Part shown: piece by piece, positions 50,581 through 63,999 of the stretch
Layout of the letters: each line of letters starts with the position of its first letter
How positions within the stretch are numbered: the first letter of the stretch is position 1
Made by a program: the position numbers and the translations under genes
Source: Geopsychrobacteraceae bacterium
Lineage (GTDB): Bacteria; Desulfobacterota; Desulfuromonadia; Desulfuromonadales; Geopsychrobacteraceae
Direction: 5' to 3'
DNA: 64,000 nucleotides
NCBI GenBank assembly: GCA_963676795.2
Contig: CAXXTB010000002.1
Coordinates: forward strand, 2,208,001 to 2,272,000
Notes under the pieces: generated by a model
The model's database searches: none
What the model saw: only the letters and a program-made list of their open reading frames with translations
What the model was told of the DNA's origin: nothing

Positions 50581-51938
50581 CAGCAGACCTCCCGTTCAGG
50601 AAGGGCGTTGACCAGGCGGGCAAACTCATCACCGCGTTGCTGGTAATTGACAAACATGTCGTAACTCGAACAGGCCGGCGACAGGAGGACGGTGTTCCCC
50701 GGCTCGGCGATTTCAGCAGCCTGCTGCACAGCGGCTTCAAGCGATCCTGCCATGCGGATTTCGCAGGCACCGGACAGTTCGGCCGCCATACGCCCGGCGG
50801 CTTCGCCGATCAAGATCAGGCTCTTGCCGCTTTTTTCCAGCAGAGGTCGCAGCGGCGCATATTCGCCGCCCTTGTCCTTGCCGCCGGCAATCAGGATAAC
50901 CCCCTGACTGAATCCTGTGAGGCTCTTGACCACACTGCCGACATTGGTCCCCTTGGAATCGTTGTACCAGTTCACGCCGCCCAGGCTGCGGACCAGCACC
51001 ATGCGGTGCTCCAGCCCGGCGAAGCGGCAGATCGCCTGCCAGGCCGTAGCAGGGTCACAACCGCGCAGGAGACAGGCAGCCAGTGCGGCCATGGCGTTTT
51101 CGACATTATGTTCGCCGGGCAATTGCAGCTGTTCCAGCGGGAAGCTGAGCTCCAGACCATCCCAGTTCCAGACCAGCCGGTTGCCGAGACGGACCAGGCC
51201 GCTGACCAGTCGGCCGCGGGCCGAAAACCAGACCTTGCGGGCGGCGATACCTTCCGCCATGCGTACAACCTCGCCATCGTCGGCATTGAGCACCGCGAAT
51301 TCACTGGCACCCATACGTGAGAATACCTGCATTTTGGCCCGGTAATAGCTATCAAGATCAGGGTAACGATCCAGATGATCCGGCGTCAGGTTGAGCAGCA
51401 GAGCGATCTGTGGCTTGAGCTGGTCAACCGTCTCCAGCTGGAATGACGAGAGCTCGACAACCAGCTCGTCGTGGTCTTTACCACAGGCATCAACCAGCGG
51501 CGTGCCGATGTTGCCGCCGACGAAAACACGGCGTCCGGCAGCTTTCAATGCTTCACCGATCAGCGATGTGGTTGTCGACTTGCCGTTGGTACCGGTAATC
51601 GCGATCAGCGGTGCGATCAATTCACGGGCTGCCAGCTCGATCTCGCCGAGCAACGGGATATTGCATGAAGCGGCGCGCTGCAGTGGCGGACAGTCGAGTG
51701 GCACGCCGGGACTGACGGCAACCATATCGGCCTGCTCGAAGAGTCTCAGGTCATGGCCACCCAGATCAAGGCGAACATTTAGGCCGGAGAGCAGATCGAG
51801 GTTTTTGATCTGATCGGCCGGACGCATATCGGACAGGGCGACCACCGCACCGCGCTCCACAAGGAAACGCACCAGGGCCAAACCGCTCAATCCGGCGCCG
51901 ATAACAACTATTCGCTTATTTCGAAAGTCCTGTTTCAT
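50580..51938 (-). CDS. murD: UDP-MurNAc-L-Ala--D-glutamate ligase
   Basis: [34 protein letters not shown] and LSPACSSYD motifs. Confidence 0.96.
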   Translation of the reverse strand: MKQDFRNKRIVVIGAGLSGLALVRFLVERGAVVALSDMRPADQIKNLDLLSGLNVRLDLGGHDLRLFEQADMVAVSPGVPLDCPPLQRAASCNIPLLGEIELAARELIAPLIAITGTNGKSTTTSLIGEALKAAGRRVFVGGNIGTPLVDACGKDHDELVVELSSFQLETVDQLKPQIALLLNLTPDHLDRYPDLDSYYRAKMQVFSRMGASEFAVLNADDGEVVRMAEGIAARKVWFSARGRLVSGLVRLGNRLVWNWDGLELSFPLEQLQLPGEHNVENAMAALAACLLRGCDPATAWQAICRFAGLEHRMVLVRSLGGVNWYNDSKGTNVGSVVKSLTGFSQGVILIAGGKDKGGEYAPLRPLLEKSGKSLILIGEAAGRMAAELSGACEIRMAGSLEAAVQQAAEIAEPGNTVLLSPACSSYDMFVNYQQRGDEFARLVNALPEREVC

Positions 51939-53011
51939 CTCAGTTTCAGTGTCGATAAGGCAACAAGCGCCAGGATGATGCTGATAATCCAGAAGCGGAC
52001 AATAATCTTCGGTTCCGGCCAACCCTTAAGTTCAAAATGATGATGGATCGGGGCCATGCGAAAGACACGTTTTCCCCAGTAGCGAAACGAGGCGACCTGA
52101 ACGATGACCGACAGGGCCTCAACGACAAAAATCCCGCCAACGATAACCAGCAGAATTTCGTTTTTGGTGATAACAGCGATGGAGCCGAGGGCGCCGCCGA
52201 GCGACAGGCTGCCAACATCGCCCATGAAGACCTGGGCCGGATAGGTATTGAACCAGAGAAAGCCGATCCCGGCGCCAGCCATGGCCCCGCACATAATCGC
52301 CAGCTCTCCGGCGCCCGGTACACTGGTAATCTGCAGATACTCGGACAGTCTGGCGTTACCGGCCAGGTAGGCGAGCAGCAGAAAGGTTCCCGCGGCGATG
52401 ATCGTCGGCCCGATGGCCAGACCGTCCAGACCGTCGGTCAGATTGACCGCATTACTCGCTCCGACCATAACCAGCATGGCAAAGGGGATATAGAAGACAC
52501 CGAGATCGGGATGGACGTTCTTGAGAAACGGAATACTCAGATGGGTCTCAAAACCCGCTGAAAAATAGAGCAGCAATGCCGCCGCCAGAGCAATCAGGAT
52601 CTGCCAGAACATTTTCTGGCGGCCGGAGATACCATCACTGTTTTTGCGCACCACCTTGCGATAGTCATCGACAAAGCCGATCGCTCCGTATCCGGCGGTC
52701 ACCAGCAGGGCGATCCAGATGTAAAGATTGCCCAGGTCGGCCCAGAGCAGGGTCGGCACGATAATCGCCAGCAGAATCAGCGACCCGCCCATGGTCGGCG
52801 TCCCTTCTTTGACGAAATGGGACTCGGGCCCGACCTTGCGGATCGATTGTCCGATCTGCATTTTCTGCAGAGTCGCGATCAGCCAGGGGCCCACGATAAA
52901 GGAGATCAGCAGAGCCGTGATCGTCGCGTAGATCGTCCTGAAGGTGATGTAACGAAAGACGTAGAGGACTGAATAGTCCGTGTGTAATGGGTACAAAAGA
53001 TGATAAAGCAT
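51935..53011 (-). CDS. mraY: Phospho-N-acetylmuramoyl-pentapeptide transferase
   Basis: [27 protein letters not shown] and MAPIHHHFE motifs. Confidence 0.97.
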   Translation of the reverse strand: MLYHLLYPLHTDYSVLYVFRYITFRTIYATITALLISFIVGPWLIATLQKMQIGQSIRKVGPESHFVKEGTPTMGGSLILLAIIVPTLLWADLGNLYIWIALLVTAGYGAIGFVDDYRKVVRKNSDGISGRQKMFWQILIALAAALLLYFSAGFETHLSIPFLKNVHPDLGVFYIPFAMLVMVGASNAVNLTDGLDGLAIGPTIIAAGTFLLLAYLAGNARLSEYLQITSVPGAGELAIMCGAMAGAGIGFLWFNTYPAQVFMGDVGSLSLGGALGSIAVITKNEILLVIVGGIFVVEALSVIVQVASFRYWGKRVFRMAPIHHHFELKGWPEPKIIVRFWIISIILALVALSTLKLR

Positions 53012-53016
53012 CCCTG

Positions 53017-54399
53017 TTAAACCCCTTTCTCTTCGACTTCGGCGGTTTTCAACATGACAACCAGTTGATCCAGCTTGACCCCGCGCGAGCCTTTGACCAG
53101 GATCCGGTCGGCGGAGCGCTGTTCTTCCTGAAGCAGGGCTGTAGCTGCAGCGACATCCTCAACCGCGCTGATTTTTTCTGCGCTCATCCCCGCTTCCGCG
53201 GCCCCGGCACAGATCGCTTGGGCAAACTGGCCAACGGCAACAAGCCGGTCGGCCACAGCGGCAGCCTTGCGACCAAGCTCATGATGAAACTGCTCTGATC
53301 GCTCGCCAAGCTCGAGCATGTCACCAAGCACGGCGATTCTGCGCCCCTGGCCGGCCAGGGATTTGAGAGCGTTCAGTGCAGCTGCTGCCGATAGCGGATT
53401 CGAGTTATAGCTGTCATCAAGCAGCAGGCCACCGCAGGTCAGCGGGAAAAGATTCATCCGCCCCTTGGCCGGGACAAAACTTTCGAGCCCGGCGACAATC
53501 AGCTCGAGAGCGACGTTCAATTCGTAAGCCGCTGCAGCAGCGGCCAGGGCGTTGTATACGTTATGTTCTCCCGGCAATGCGAGTCGCACCCGGCTACGTC
53601 GACCATCCATCAACAGATCAAAAAATACTTCATCGGAACCGGCCTGGATCGCCTCCGCCCTGACCTGTGCCTCAGGGTTCAGACCATAGGTCAGGCGCTT
53701 GACGTTGTTCGCCAGCGGCAGTCGCGCGACGCGCTGATCGTCGAGATTGACGATAGCCGTCCCCCCCTGCAGGCCGACAAAAAGCTCTCCCTTGGCCCTG
53801 GCGACACCGTCAAGACCATGCAAGGTTTCCAGGTGGGCTTCACCGATATTGGTAATGATCCCGACGGTTGGCTGAGCAATCTCGGTCAGCCGCTCAATTT
53901 CCCCAAGGGCGCTGGTGCCCATTTCGATCACAGCCCACTGGTGGGCCGCTTCCAGGCGTAGCAGGGTCAGCGGCAGACCGATCAGGTTGTTGAAGTTGCC
54001 CGCTGTTTTCAAACCGGGACCGACCTGACCGAGGATGCTGGCCAGCATCTCCTTGGTTGTGGTTTTACCGGCAGAACCGGTTACGGCAACCAGCGGCCCC
54101 TGCAATTGCAGACGATAGGCTGCGGCGATATCGCCAAGAGCACGCAGAGTACTGGTGACACAGACAACCGGAACACTTAACCCTTCGATATACTCTTCAC
54201 TGAGACAGGCCGACGCACCTTTTTTGACCGCCTGACTGATATAGTCGTGACCATCAAAACGCTCACCACGCAGAGGGACAAAAAGTGCTCCCGGCTCGAT
54301 ATTACGGCTGTCGGTCGACACTCCGCTGATCTGCACGGCAGGCTGTTTGCCGATGAGCTTGCCTCCGGCTATCCTCGCGATACGTTCCAGATCAAACAT
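53017..54399 (-). CDS. murF: UDP-MurNAc-tripeptide--D-Ala-D-Ala ligase
   Basis: [38 protein letters not shown] and VKGSRG motifs. Confidence 0.96.
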   Translation of the reverse strand: MFDLERIARIAGGKLIGKQPAVQISGVSTDSRNIEPGALFVPLRGERFDGHDYISQAVKKGASACLSEEYIEGLSVPVVCVTSTLRALGDIAAAYRLQLQGPLVAVTGSAGKTTTKEMLASILGQVGPGLKTAGNFNNLIGLPLTLLRLEAAHQWAVIEMGTSALGEIERLTEIAQPTVGIITNIGEAHLETLHGLDGVARAKGELFVGLQGGTAIVNLDDQRVARLPLANNVKRLTYGLNPEAQVRAEAIQAGSDEVFFDLLMDGRRSRVRLALPGEHNVYNALAAAAAAYELNVALELIVAGLESFVPAKGRMNLFPLTCGGLLLDDSYNSNPLSAAAALNALKSLAGQGRRIAVLGDMLELGERSEQFHHELGRKAAAVADRLVAVGQFAQAICAGAAEAGMSAEKISAVEDVAAATALLQEEQRSADRILVKGSRGVKLDQLVVMLKTAEVEEKGV

Positions 54400-55906
54400 C
54401 GGCACCTCCCTTGAATGACGGGAGAGTTAAAGCCCTGGAGATCTCTTCCCGGTCATCAAAGTGGATCTTTTCCGTTCCAAGAATCTGATAGTCCTCATGC
54501 CCTTTTCCGGCAACCAGCAGCAGATCCCCGGAGCAACAGAGGCGACAGGCAAAATCGATCGCCTGACGACGATCAGGGATCACAATGAAACCAGGTTGTC
54601 CTGCCTGAGCCTGCCCTTCATTCAACTCGCAATACCCCTCGGCCAAGGCTCCGGCTCTGAGCTGGGCAAGGATCTGCAGAGGATCTTCCGTTCGCGGGTT
54701 ATCCGATGTGAAGATGCTCAAGGAGGAATAGCGGGCTGCAATCGCGGCCATCACCGGACGCTTCGACGGATCACGGTCCCCGCCGCAACCAACGACGGTA
54801 TATCGCTTATTCGCCTCAAGATCAGCCAGGGTTTTCAGCACCTGTTCCAGCGCATCACCGGTGTGAGCATAATCGACCAGGGCCAGGACCCCCCGCTCAT
54901 TGCCAACCGACTCAAGCCGGCCAGGGACCAGATCAAGGGCGGCGACACCGGCAGCGATTATCTCGTTATCGATGCCGAGCAGTTGAGCGGCAGTCACCGC
55001 AGCCATCAGATTACTGACATTGAACTCACCGATCAGCCGGCTGTTCACCCTGACATCGCCACCCGGGGTCGAGACAACACCCCTGATCCCGTCACGTGTA
55101 ACACTGATCTCTTCGGCACTTACAGCTGCGCTGTAGCGACCGAAACCAACCCATTCCGGATTATCCTGAAGGAGGCGCAGCCCGTAACTGTCATCGGCAT
55201 TGACCGCTGCATTCTTGCCGACCAGCAGTTCACTGAACAGCCGTTTTTTGCTGGAAAAATAGTTCTCCAGGGTCTGGTGATAATCGAGATGCTCCGGGGT
55301 CAGGTTTGTAAACACACCGACGTCGAAGCTGACGCCATCGACACGATGTTGCTCAAGCGCATGAGACGAGGTTTCCATGACGAAAGCATCGGCACCGAGA
55401 TCACGGAATTCACGCATCATCTTAAGCAATTCAACCGATTCCGGGGTGGTATGGGTCGATTGCTTACGCGTCTGACCACAGCGGTAATCGATGGTGCCGA
55501 AAATAGCCGGCCGGTATCCGGCTTTTGTCAGAATCGCTTCCAGCAGATAGCTGATCGTGGTTTTGCCATTGGTTCCGGTGATGCCAACGACCGGAACATC
55601 GGCCGTCGGCCGACCATAGAAATTAGCCGCCATCAGCGCCATAGCCTGACGGACGTTACCGACCTGAACAAAAGTGACAGCTGCATCCGGCTGCGGAATA
55701 CGCTCCGCGACGACGACCCGGGCACCCCGTTCAACAGCCTGAGGAATATAGTCGTAGCCATCGACCTTGACACCCGGCAGGGCGAAAAACACACTGCCAG
55801 CAGTGACCTGACGTGAATCATAGACGAGACCAGCGACCTCCCGGTCACAATCGCCCAGCACCTGCAGGGTCTGAACACCGGTCAATATGTCGGATAGATT
55901 TTTCAT
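54392..55906 (-). CDS. murE: UDP-MurNAc-dipeptide--meso-DAP ligase
   Basis: YDSR, TGTNGKTT, VDYAHT, GCGGDRD, DNPR (DAP specificity), GKGHE. Alternative start 55924. Confidence 0.96.
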   Translation of the reverse strand: MKNLSDILTGVQTLQVLGDCDREVAGLVYDSRQVTAGSVFFALPGVKVDGYDYIPQAVERGARVVVAERIPQPDAAVTFVQVGNVRQAMALMAANFYGRPTADVPVVGITGTNGKTTISYLLEAILTKAGYRPAIFGTIDYRCGQTRKQSTHTTPESVELLKMMREFRDLGADAFVMETSSHALEQHRVDGVSFDVGVFTNLTPEHLDYHQTLENYFSSKKRLFSELLVGKNAAVNADDSYGLRLLQDNPEWVGFGRYSAAVSAEEISVTRDGIRGVVSTPGGDVRVNSRLIGEFNVSNLMAAVTAAQLLGIDNEIIAAGVAALDLVPGRLESVGNERGVLALVDYAHTGDALEQVLKTLADLEANKRYTVVGCGGDRDPSKRPVMAAIAARYSSLSIFTSDNPRTEDPLQILAQLRAGALAEGYCELNEGQAQAGQPGFIVIPDRRQAIDFACRLCCSGDLLLVAGKGHEDYQILGTEKIHFDDREEISRALTLPSFKGGADV

Positions 55907-55930
55907 CAGTTGCTCATCTCGCATAAAGGT

Positions 55931-57883
55931 TCAGGCGCCGAACTTGACCCAGGCCTGTTTTCCGTACTTGATCGTCCGTCCTGCAGCCGGATACTGGTCG
56001 ACGACCCGCCCGCTGCCGGACAGCTTCAGATTGAGGTTCTTGTCTTTCATGATACGCAGAACTTCACGGTAGCTCATACCGTTGAAGTTGGGCATCAACA
56101 ACCCGTCGTTGGTTTTGACTTCCTGCAGCAGCGGGGCCAGATCCGGAAGCGGTGCAACATCGGCAGCCACGGATGCGATAGTCTCGACATGCCCGGCAGG
56201 AAGAATATCCAGATGAGCAAGGGCTTGACGGGCGAATGTCGCGAATACAGGGGCAGCGACAACTCCGCCATAGGCCATCCCTTGCGGCTCGTCAATCGTC
56301 ACCGAAATGACCAGTGCCGGATTGTCCGCGGGAACGATGCCAACAAAGGAAGAAACCATCTTGTCTGGCGAGTAGCCGCCAGTTACCGGGTCGACCTTCT
56401 GCGCTGTCCCGGTTTTGCCGGCGACCTGATAGCCTTCGATCGCGGCCATTGGGGCGGTTCCGCCTTTTTCAGTCACCGAGACCATCATCTGCCGGACCCT
56501 GTTAGCCGTAGCCTCGGAAACGACTCTGCGCCTGACCGTCGGCAGATGACGATCGAGAACGTTCCCTTCTGCATCAACGACCTTCTCAACCAGATAGGGT
56601 TCCATCAACAGTCCACCGTTGGCGATTGCCGAAATTGCGGTAGCGATCTGCAGTGGGGTAACCGAGAGCCCCTGGCCAAAGGAGATAGCGGCCAGGTCTA
56701 TCTCGAACCAGTTGGACGGCGGCCTCACCAGGCCTGTCACCTCGCCCGGAAGATCCACCCCGCTCTTTTCTCCGAAACCGAAATCACGGATATAGGAATA
56801 GAACTTCTCCCTTTCGAGGGCCTTTCCGAGCTTGGCAAAACCGATATTACTGCTGACCTTGAGCATTTCCGTCAGGGTCAGATACTTGTACTTCTTGTTA
56901 TGATCCCGGATAGTTTTACCACCGACTTCAAAACTGCCGTTTTCACAGTAGATCCTCTGCCCGGGAGTAACGATCCCTTCTTCCAGAGCAGCGGCCAGCA
57001 GTATCGGCTTGAAGGTGGAACCCGGCTCATAGACATCGGTGACAGCCCTGTTACGCCGTTTTGATGCGCGGTACTTACCGGCCCGGTTCGGATCATAGTC
57101 AGGAACGCTGGCCAGAGCCAGAATCCTGCCGCTGGCCGGCTCCATCACAACGATTGTCCCGCTGCTGGCACGGGCCTCCTTGACTGCCTTGCTCAGCTCC
57201 CGCTCGGCAATATATTGCAGGGACAGATCCAGGGTCAGGTACAGATCGTTCCCCGGCTTGCCGCCGACAACCTTCTGATCCTCGCTGGCCAGCCCGCGGC
57301 CACGCGCATCCTTTAAGGACACCAGTCGCCCAGGCTCGCCCTCCAGCAACTGATCGTATTTCAGCTCAATCCCCTCAAGTCCGCGCGGATCGAGACCGGT
57401 AAATCCGACAACATGGGAACCCACAGTCGATTGAGGATAGTAGCGCTTAGGCTCCGCAACAAAATAAAGGCCGGGCAACTTCAGTTGCTTGACCTTTTCA
57501 GCCAGCTGAGGAGTCAGCTTTCTTTGGATCCAGACGAAACGCCGCTTCTCCGAGAGTTGCCTGGTCAGATCCTTGCTGGAGCCATCCAGCACAGCAGCAA
57601 GCTTAGCAGCGGTTTCTGTTGGATTTTCAATCTGTGACGGGTCGGCATAAAGGGATTCAGCATTGACGCTGACGGCGAGAGTATCCCGGTTGCTGTCGAA
57701 AATGCTCCCCCGCTGCGGGGCCAGGGCAATGACCCGCTGACGCTGCTGATCGGCACGCTCCTGCAGGTCCGGCGCCTTGACAACGTGCAGATGGACAGCG
57801 CGACCAGCGATCGCCAGAAAGAGCAGAATAAAAAATACTCCGAATATGCGGATGCGGATCTGGGTGCCGCGCTCCGTAGCCAT
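55931..57883 (-). CDS. ftsI: Penicillin-binding protein 3 with C-terminal PASTA domain
   Basis: RGSIFD, EPGSTFK (SxxK), SSN, KTGTAQK, PASTA (MPNFNGMSYRE). Confidence 0.95.
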   Translation of the reverse strand: MATERGTQIRIRIFGVFFILLFLAIAGRAVHLHVVKAPDLQERADQQRQRVIALAPQRGSIFDSNRDTLAVSVNAESLYADPSQIENPTETAAKLAAVLDGSSKDLTRQLSEKRRFVWIQRKLTPQLAEKVKQLKLPGLYFVAEPKRYYPQSTVGSHVVGFTGLDPRGLEGIELKYDQLLEGEPGRLVSLKDARGRGLASEDQKVVGGKPGNDLYLTLDLSLQYIAERELSKAVKEARASSGTIVVMEPASGRILALASVPDYDPNRAGKYRASKRRNRAVTDVYEPGSTFKPILLAAALEEGIVTPGQRIYCENGSFEVGGKTIRDHNKKYKYLTLTEMLKVSSNIGFAKLGKALEREKFYSYIRDFGFGEKSGVDLPGEVTGLVRPPSNWFEIDLAAISFGQGLSVTPLQIATAISAIANGGLLMEPYLVEKVVDAEGNVLDRHLPTVRRRVVSEATANRVRQMMVSVTEKGGTAPMAAIEGYQVAGKTGTAQKVDPVTGGYSPDKMVSSFVGIVPADNPALVISVTIDEPQGMAYGGVVAAPVFATFARQALAHLDILPAGHVETIASVAADVAPLPDLAPLLQEVKTNDGLLMPNFNGMSYREVLRIMKDKNLNLKLSGSGRVVDQYPAAGRTIKYGKQAWVKFGA

Positions 57884-58198
57884 TTAGTTGATCCGGATGA
57901 CCTGCCCAGGAACCGGCTCTCTCAGACCCAGCTTTCTGGCTTTTTCGGCGATCCTCTCATCCTGAGCCAGATATGCCGCTTCCAGCTCAAGAGCCTTGAT
58001 CTGGCGCTGCTCTTCACGGATATCCCGCTCCAGCTTCGAGATGTCGTATTCCAGACTGATCGCATGGATGCGCGACCAGACAAACAACAGGGCAAGGACT
58101 GAGACCAGAACTATAGAGACCAGCACCGACAGAAGACGGGGCCGATAAAATGAAAAACCACTTATCTTAACAATTGCGTGCGGCATCGCCTGAGACAT
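57884..58198 (-). CDS. ftsL: Cell division protein FtsL
   Basis: TM plus leucine zipper, RIAEKARKLGL; position between rsmH and ftsI. Confidence 0.85.
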   Translation of the reverse strand: MSQAMPHAIVKISGFSFYRPRLLSVLVSIVLVSVLALLFVWSRIHAISLEYDISKLERDIREEQRQIKALELEAAYLAQDERIAEKARKLGLREPVPGQVIRIN

Positions 58199-58222
58199 TG
58201 GAACTCCCCTTTCTCCATGTTC

Positions 58223-59164
58223 TCAGCAGCGCTCAACAGCTCTCAAAACTGCGCTGCGCGACCTGATATTATTTTCGATTTCAGCGTCCGTAGCCTTTAC
58301 CCCCTTGCGGGTGAGAAGCTTAACCTCCGGCTGCCTGTTACACTGACAGACCGGCAGGCGTGGCGGACAGATACAACCCGTTGCACGTTCACGAAACAAC
58401 TGCTTGACGATGCGGTCCTCAAGAGAATGAAAGCTGATCACAACCAGTCGCCCACCCGGCTTCAGCAGATCTACCGCAGCATCAACCCCTCTTTTGACCT
58501 GCCCAAGCTCATCGTTAATATGAATCCGCAGGGCCTGAAACACCCGGGTCGCAGGATGGATACGTCCCGGCTTACGTCCTCCGGGCACCGCATCCCTGAC
58601 CAGTTCAGCCAGCTGCCGGGTCATCAGCAGCGGCTCTTCATCACGGACGGAAACGATCTTCCTGGCAATACGGCGACTGAAGCGCTCCTCTCCGTATTCA
58701 AAAAAGATGCGCATCAGCTCTTCCTCATCCGCCTGCTGCAGGAACTCGGCTGCGGTCATCCCGGCCGTCGGGTTCATGCGCATATCGAGGGGCGCATTCA
58801 GACGAAAGGAAAACCCCCGGTCCGCCGTATCAAGCTGGTGGGACGAAACGCCCAGATCGAGCAGCATGCCGTCCAGTTTATCGATTCCCAGCTCAGCCAG
58901 TACCTCGGAAGCCCTGTCGAAGGTCGTGTGGTGCAGACTTACCTGTGCGGCGTAGGGCTCAAGTACCTTGGCCGCGGCTTCCAGCGCACTAGGATCACGA
59001 TCAAGGCCGATCAGACGCAGGCCGGGAACAGCCTGGAGTAGCAGACTGGAATGACCGGCGCCGCCCAATGTGCCATCGAGGTAAACGCCACCCTGCTTCG
59101 GCTGAAGAAAGTGAAGAACCTCTTGCGGCATAACCGATTCATGCTCAAAGACCAGATCCGCCAT
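58223..59164 (-). CDS. rsmH: 16S rRNA m4C1402 methyltransferase
   Basis: DGTLGGAGHS, DLGVSSHQLD, PLDMRM, FQALRI and ISFHSLEDR motifs. Confidence 0.97.
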   Translation of the reverse strand: MADLVFEHESVMPQEVLHFLQPKQGGVYLDGTLGGAGHSSLLLQAVPGLRLIGLDRDPSALEAAAKVLEPYAAQVSLHHTTFDRASEVLAELGIDKLDGMLLDLGVSSHQLDTADRGFSFRLNAPLDMRMNPTAGMTAAEFLQQADEEELMRIFFEYGEERFSRRIARKIVSVRDEEPLLMTRQLAELVRDAVPGGRKPGRIHPATRVFQALRIHINDELGQVKRGVDAAVDLLKPGGRLVVISFHSLEDRIVKQLFRERATGCICPPRLPVCQCNRQPEVKLLTRKGVKATDAEIENNIRSRSAVLRAVERC

Positions 59165-59607
59165 CAGAAACCCAGGTCCGCCAGAAGCTGAGGATCGGCT
59201 TCAAGCACAACCTCATCCTCGGCAATCTTGTTGAGATAAGCTTCTCGGCTCCAGATTTCTATCTTGTCGAGAACGCCGACAACGACGGCTTCGCCGTCGA
59301 TGTTGCGTGATTCACGCAAAGACTGAGGGATCTGAATCCTCCCCTGGGCATTGAATGAGCATTCCTTGGCGGGTGCGATACGGGCCCTCATCGCCGTATC
59401 ACGGCTGACTCCGGCCGGCATATTCAGAACATTCTGACGAATCTTTTCCCACTGGGCCGGCGGGTAGGCGATCAAGCCGTCCTTGATCCGGGTCACAACC
59501 AGGCTGTCACTGGAGTAAACATCAGACAGTTCAGCGCGAAATTCAGACGGAACGCTGATCCGCCCTTTCGCATCGACACTGACATGATATTCACCGTTAA
59601 AATTCAA
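59164..59607 (-). CDS. mraZ: Transcriptional regulator MraZ
   Basis: FNGEY..VDAKGRISVP and NAQGRIQIP repeats, KIEIWS. TTG start with GAGGTG RBS. Confidence 0.93.
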   Translation of the reverse strand: MNFNGEYHVSVDAKGRISVPSEFRAELSDVYSSDSLVVTRIKDGLIAYPPAQWEKIRQNVLNMPAGVSRDTAMRARIAPAKECSFNAQGRIQIPQSLRESRNIDGEAVVVGVLDKIEIWSREAYLNKIAEDEVVLEADPQLLADLGF

Positions 59608-59676
59608 TTTGACACCTCATTGCACTGTTTGACACCGAATTGATAGAAATATAGCCCCGGTACAAGCGACTGTCAA
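59608..59676 (-). promoter_or_regulatory. dcw promoter with 10-bp-phased repeats (putative MraZ operator)
   Basis: TTGACA-N17-TATATT at 59676-59648. GGTGTCAAA-C-AGTGCAATG-A-GGTGTCAAA at 59636-59608. Confidence 0.7.
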
Positions 59677-59916
59677 GGACAAATCAGCGCAAAGCAAAGA
59701 ACAGCTCGCGCCCGTAAATGCTCGATTTAGATTCATTTTTTCATGACTGAGGAATCGGCAAAACGGCAGGATTTACAGGGTGTCAAAGCCGATCTGAAGA
59801 GCCCCGATCAGGGGCTAGCAACCCTAAATCATTGGCTTTTTCAGAAAACTCAAATGAGAATTGGCGGGCAGGCTACAACTTGTTCAGGCGAAAAAACGGG
59901 GGGCTACAGGCAGGTT

Positions 59917-61182
59917 TCATCCAACAGAATCGGTATCAAGCAGAACCATCTCAACCTCTTCGATACGCCTTTCTTCCATACGTCGGACGCGAAAAACAAT
60001 TCCGGTCTCCTCGCAGGCATCCCCTTCACTGGGGATCTTGCCCATCACCTGCAACAGATGCCCAGCCAGGGTGGTAACATGCTCTTCTGGCAGAGACAGA
60101 TTGAAACGGCGATTGACCTCGCGAAGCGGGATCGACGCGTCAATCAGGAACTGACGTGGCGCAATCTCCTTGAAGTCGATGACTTCTTCATCATGTTCAT
60201 CCTGGATATCGCCAACGATCTCCTCGACAACATCCTCAAGCGTCACAATCCCCTCGACCCCACCGTATTCATCGACAACAATCGCCAGATGTTCATGCTT
60301 GACCCGAAAGCTCTGCAGCAGTACGGCAATCCGTTTCGACTCCGGCACATAATAGGGAGGGCGGCAGAGCTCCTTCAGCGAAAAAGCCTCCGTGTTATCG
60401 ATAAAATCGAGCACATCCTTGGCGTGAGCAACACCGACCAGATTGTCGAGGTTGTCCCGGTAAACGGGAAAGCGCGAGTGTTTGACTTCGCGAATAACCG
60501 CCAGAGCCTCATCGAAGCTGGTATTGACCTCCAGACCTGTAACCTCTGTTCGGGGAATCATGACATCGCGCACCCGGGTTTCCGACAGATCGAAAATGCC
60601 GTGCAGCATCCGCTTCTGTTCAGCTGCGACAACCCCCGATTCCTCCCCGACTTCAATCATCGCCTTGATTTCACCCTCAGAGACAGAGAGCGATTCGGCA
60701 ACCCCCTTGCGCAGAAAACTGGTCAGCAGCCGGGACACCGAGGAGACGATAAAAACAATAGGATTCAGAAAAAACAAAATCAGGCGAATGGGACCAAGGA
60801 CGAGAAACGAGACCTTTTCAGGGTATTGGGCGGAATAGGTCTTGGGACAAACCTCAGAGAAAATCAGCAACAGCGGCGTCAGAATGGCAACCGTGGCCCA
60901 CTCCCCGTCTGCGCCGAACAGTTCGACGAACAGACCGGTCGCAATGACCGAAGCGGCAATATTGACCAGGTTATTACCGACCAGAATTCCGCTGAGCAGA
61001 TGATCAGGATTGTCAAGCAATGCGGCGAGCTTGTCAGCCCGCGGACGCTTGCTCTGCTGAAGAAAACGGACACGCAGTTTATCAAGGGAAAGCAGCGCTG
61101 TCTCTGACCCGGAAAAGAAACCGGAAAATCCCAACAGGAAAAGCAGAGCCAGCAACCGCCAGGTTATCTCATCCGACATCAT
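59917..61182 (-). CDS. CNNM/HlyC-CorC family protein (DUF21-CBS-CorC), Mg2+/Co2+ transport-related
   Basis: FSGSETAL, ILVGNNLVNI, EVCPK, VMIPR, HSRFPVY, VVDEYGG and TLEDVVEEIVGDI motifs. Confidence 0.93.
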   Translation of the reverse strand: MMSDEITWRLLALLFLLGFSGFFSGSETALLSLDKLRVRFLQQSKRPRADKLAALLDNPDHLLSGILVGNNLVNIAASVIATGLFVELFGADGEWATVAILTPLLLIFSEVCPKTYSAQYPEKVSFLVLGPIRLILFFLNPIVFIVSSVSRLLTSFLRKGVAESLSVSEGEIKAMIEVGEESGVVAAEQKRMLHGIFDLSETRVRDVMIPRTEVTGLEVNTSFDEALAVIREVKHSRFPVYRDNLDNLVGVAHAKDVLDFIDNTEAFSLKELCRPPYYVPESKRIAVLLQSFRVKHEHLAIVVDEYGGVEGIVTLEDVVEEIVGDIQDEHDEEVIDFKEIAPRQFLIDASIPLREVNRRFNLSLPEEHVTTLAGHLLQVMGKIPSEGDACEETGIVFRVRRMEERRIEEVEMVLLDTDSVG

Positions 61183-61274
61183 GACCCCGGGAAAGCAGAT
61201 TGCTAAGAACAGAATTTATTTGATCTATTACCATATCTGGCCGCCAGAATAATAGCATTTATTGAGCAATGTGA

Positions 61275-63397
<2,123 letters not shown>

Positions 63398-63398
<1 letters not shown>

Positions 63399-63676
63399 TG
63401 AGCAGAGCAGCAGCACAGATCCAGATTCAGGGACGGGTTCAGGGGGTTGGTTTTCGCTACAGCCTCAAACGTACAGCTGACAGTTATCAGCTCTGCGGCT
63501 GGTGCCGCAACACGCCGGACGGCAAGGTTGAAGCCCTGCTCTGTGGAGAGAAATCAGCTGTCGCAGCGGTTATCGACTGGTGCCGACAGGGCCCGGCGCT
63601 GGCTGCGGTCAGTCATATCGAGATCAACTGGCAAAATGATCAGCAGTGCCCTAGTGGCTTCACCATTTTGCGCTGA
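63398..63676 (+). CDS. acyP: Acylphosphatase
   Basis: GRVQGVGFR, GWCRNTPDGKVE and WCRQGP motifs. TGATG overlap with ligA. Confidence 0.93.
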
Positions 63677-63687
63677 TTCCCTCTCAC

Positions 63688-63999
63688 TCAGCTTGGCCGG
63701 ACCGAGCGCTTCTTTTCCTGACGGCTGATGACAATCCCGGAAATGATGATCCCGCTGGTCACGACCAGCAGAATCAGGGTCGCAAGCGCATTGATTTCCG
63801 GACTGACACCGAGACGGACACTGGAATAGACAACCATCGGCAAGGTCGTTGCTCCCGGGCCCGAGACAAAGCTGGCGATGACCAGATCGTCCAGCGACAG
63901 GGTAAAGGCGAGCAGCCAACCGGAAACAATCGCCGGGGCGATGACCGGCAGCGTGATCTGCAGAAAGACCTTCCAGGGTCGCGCGCCAAGATCCATCGC
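63688..63999 (-). CDS. Polyamine (putrescine/spermidine) ABC permease, PotI/PotC family; 5' truncated by window edge
   Basis: MDLGARP EAA loop, LAFTLSLDDLVIASFVSGPGATTLP and GVSPEINALAT motifs. Confidence 0.9.
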   Translation of the reverse strand, partial: AMDLGARPWKVFLQITLPVIAPAIVSGWLLAFTLSLDDLVIASFVSGPGATTLPMVVYSSVRLGVSPEINALATLILLVVTSGIIISGIVISRQEKKRSVRPS

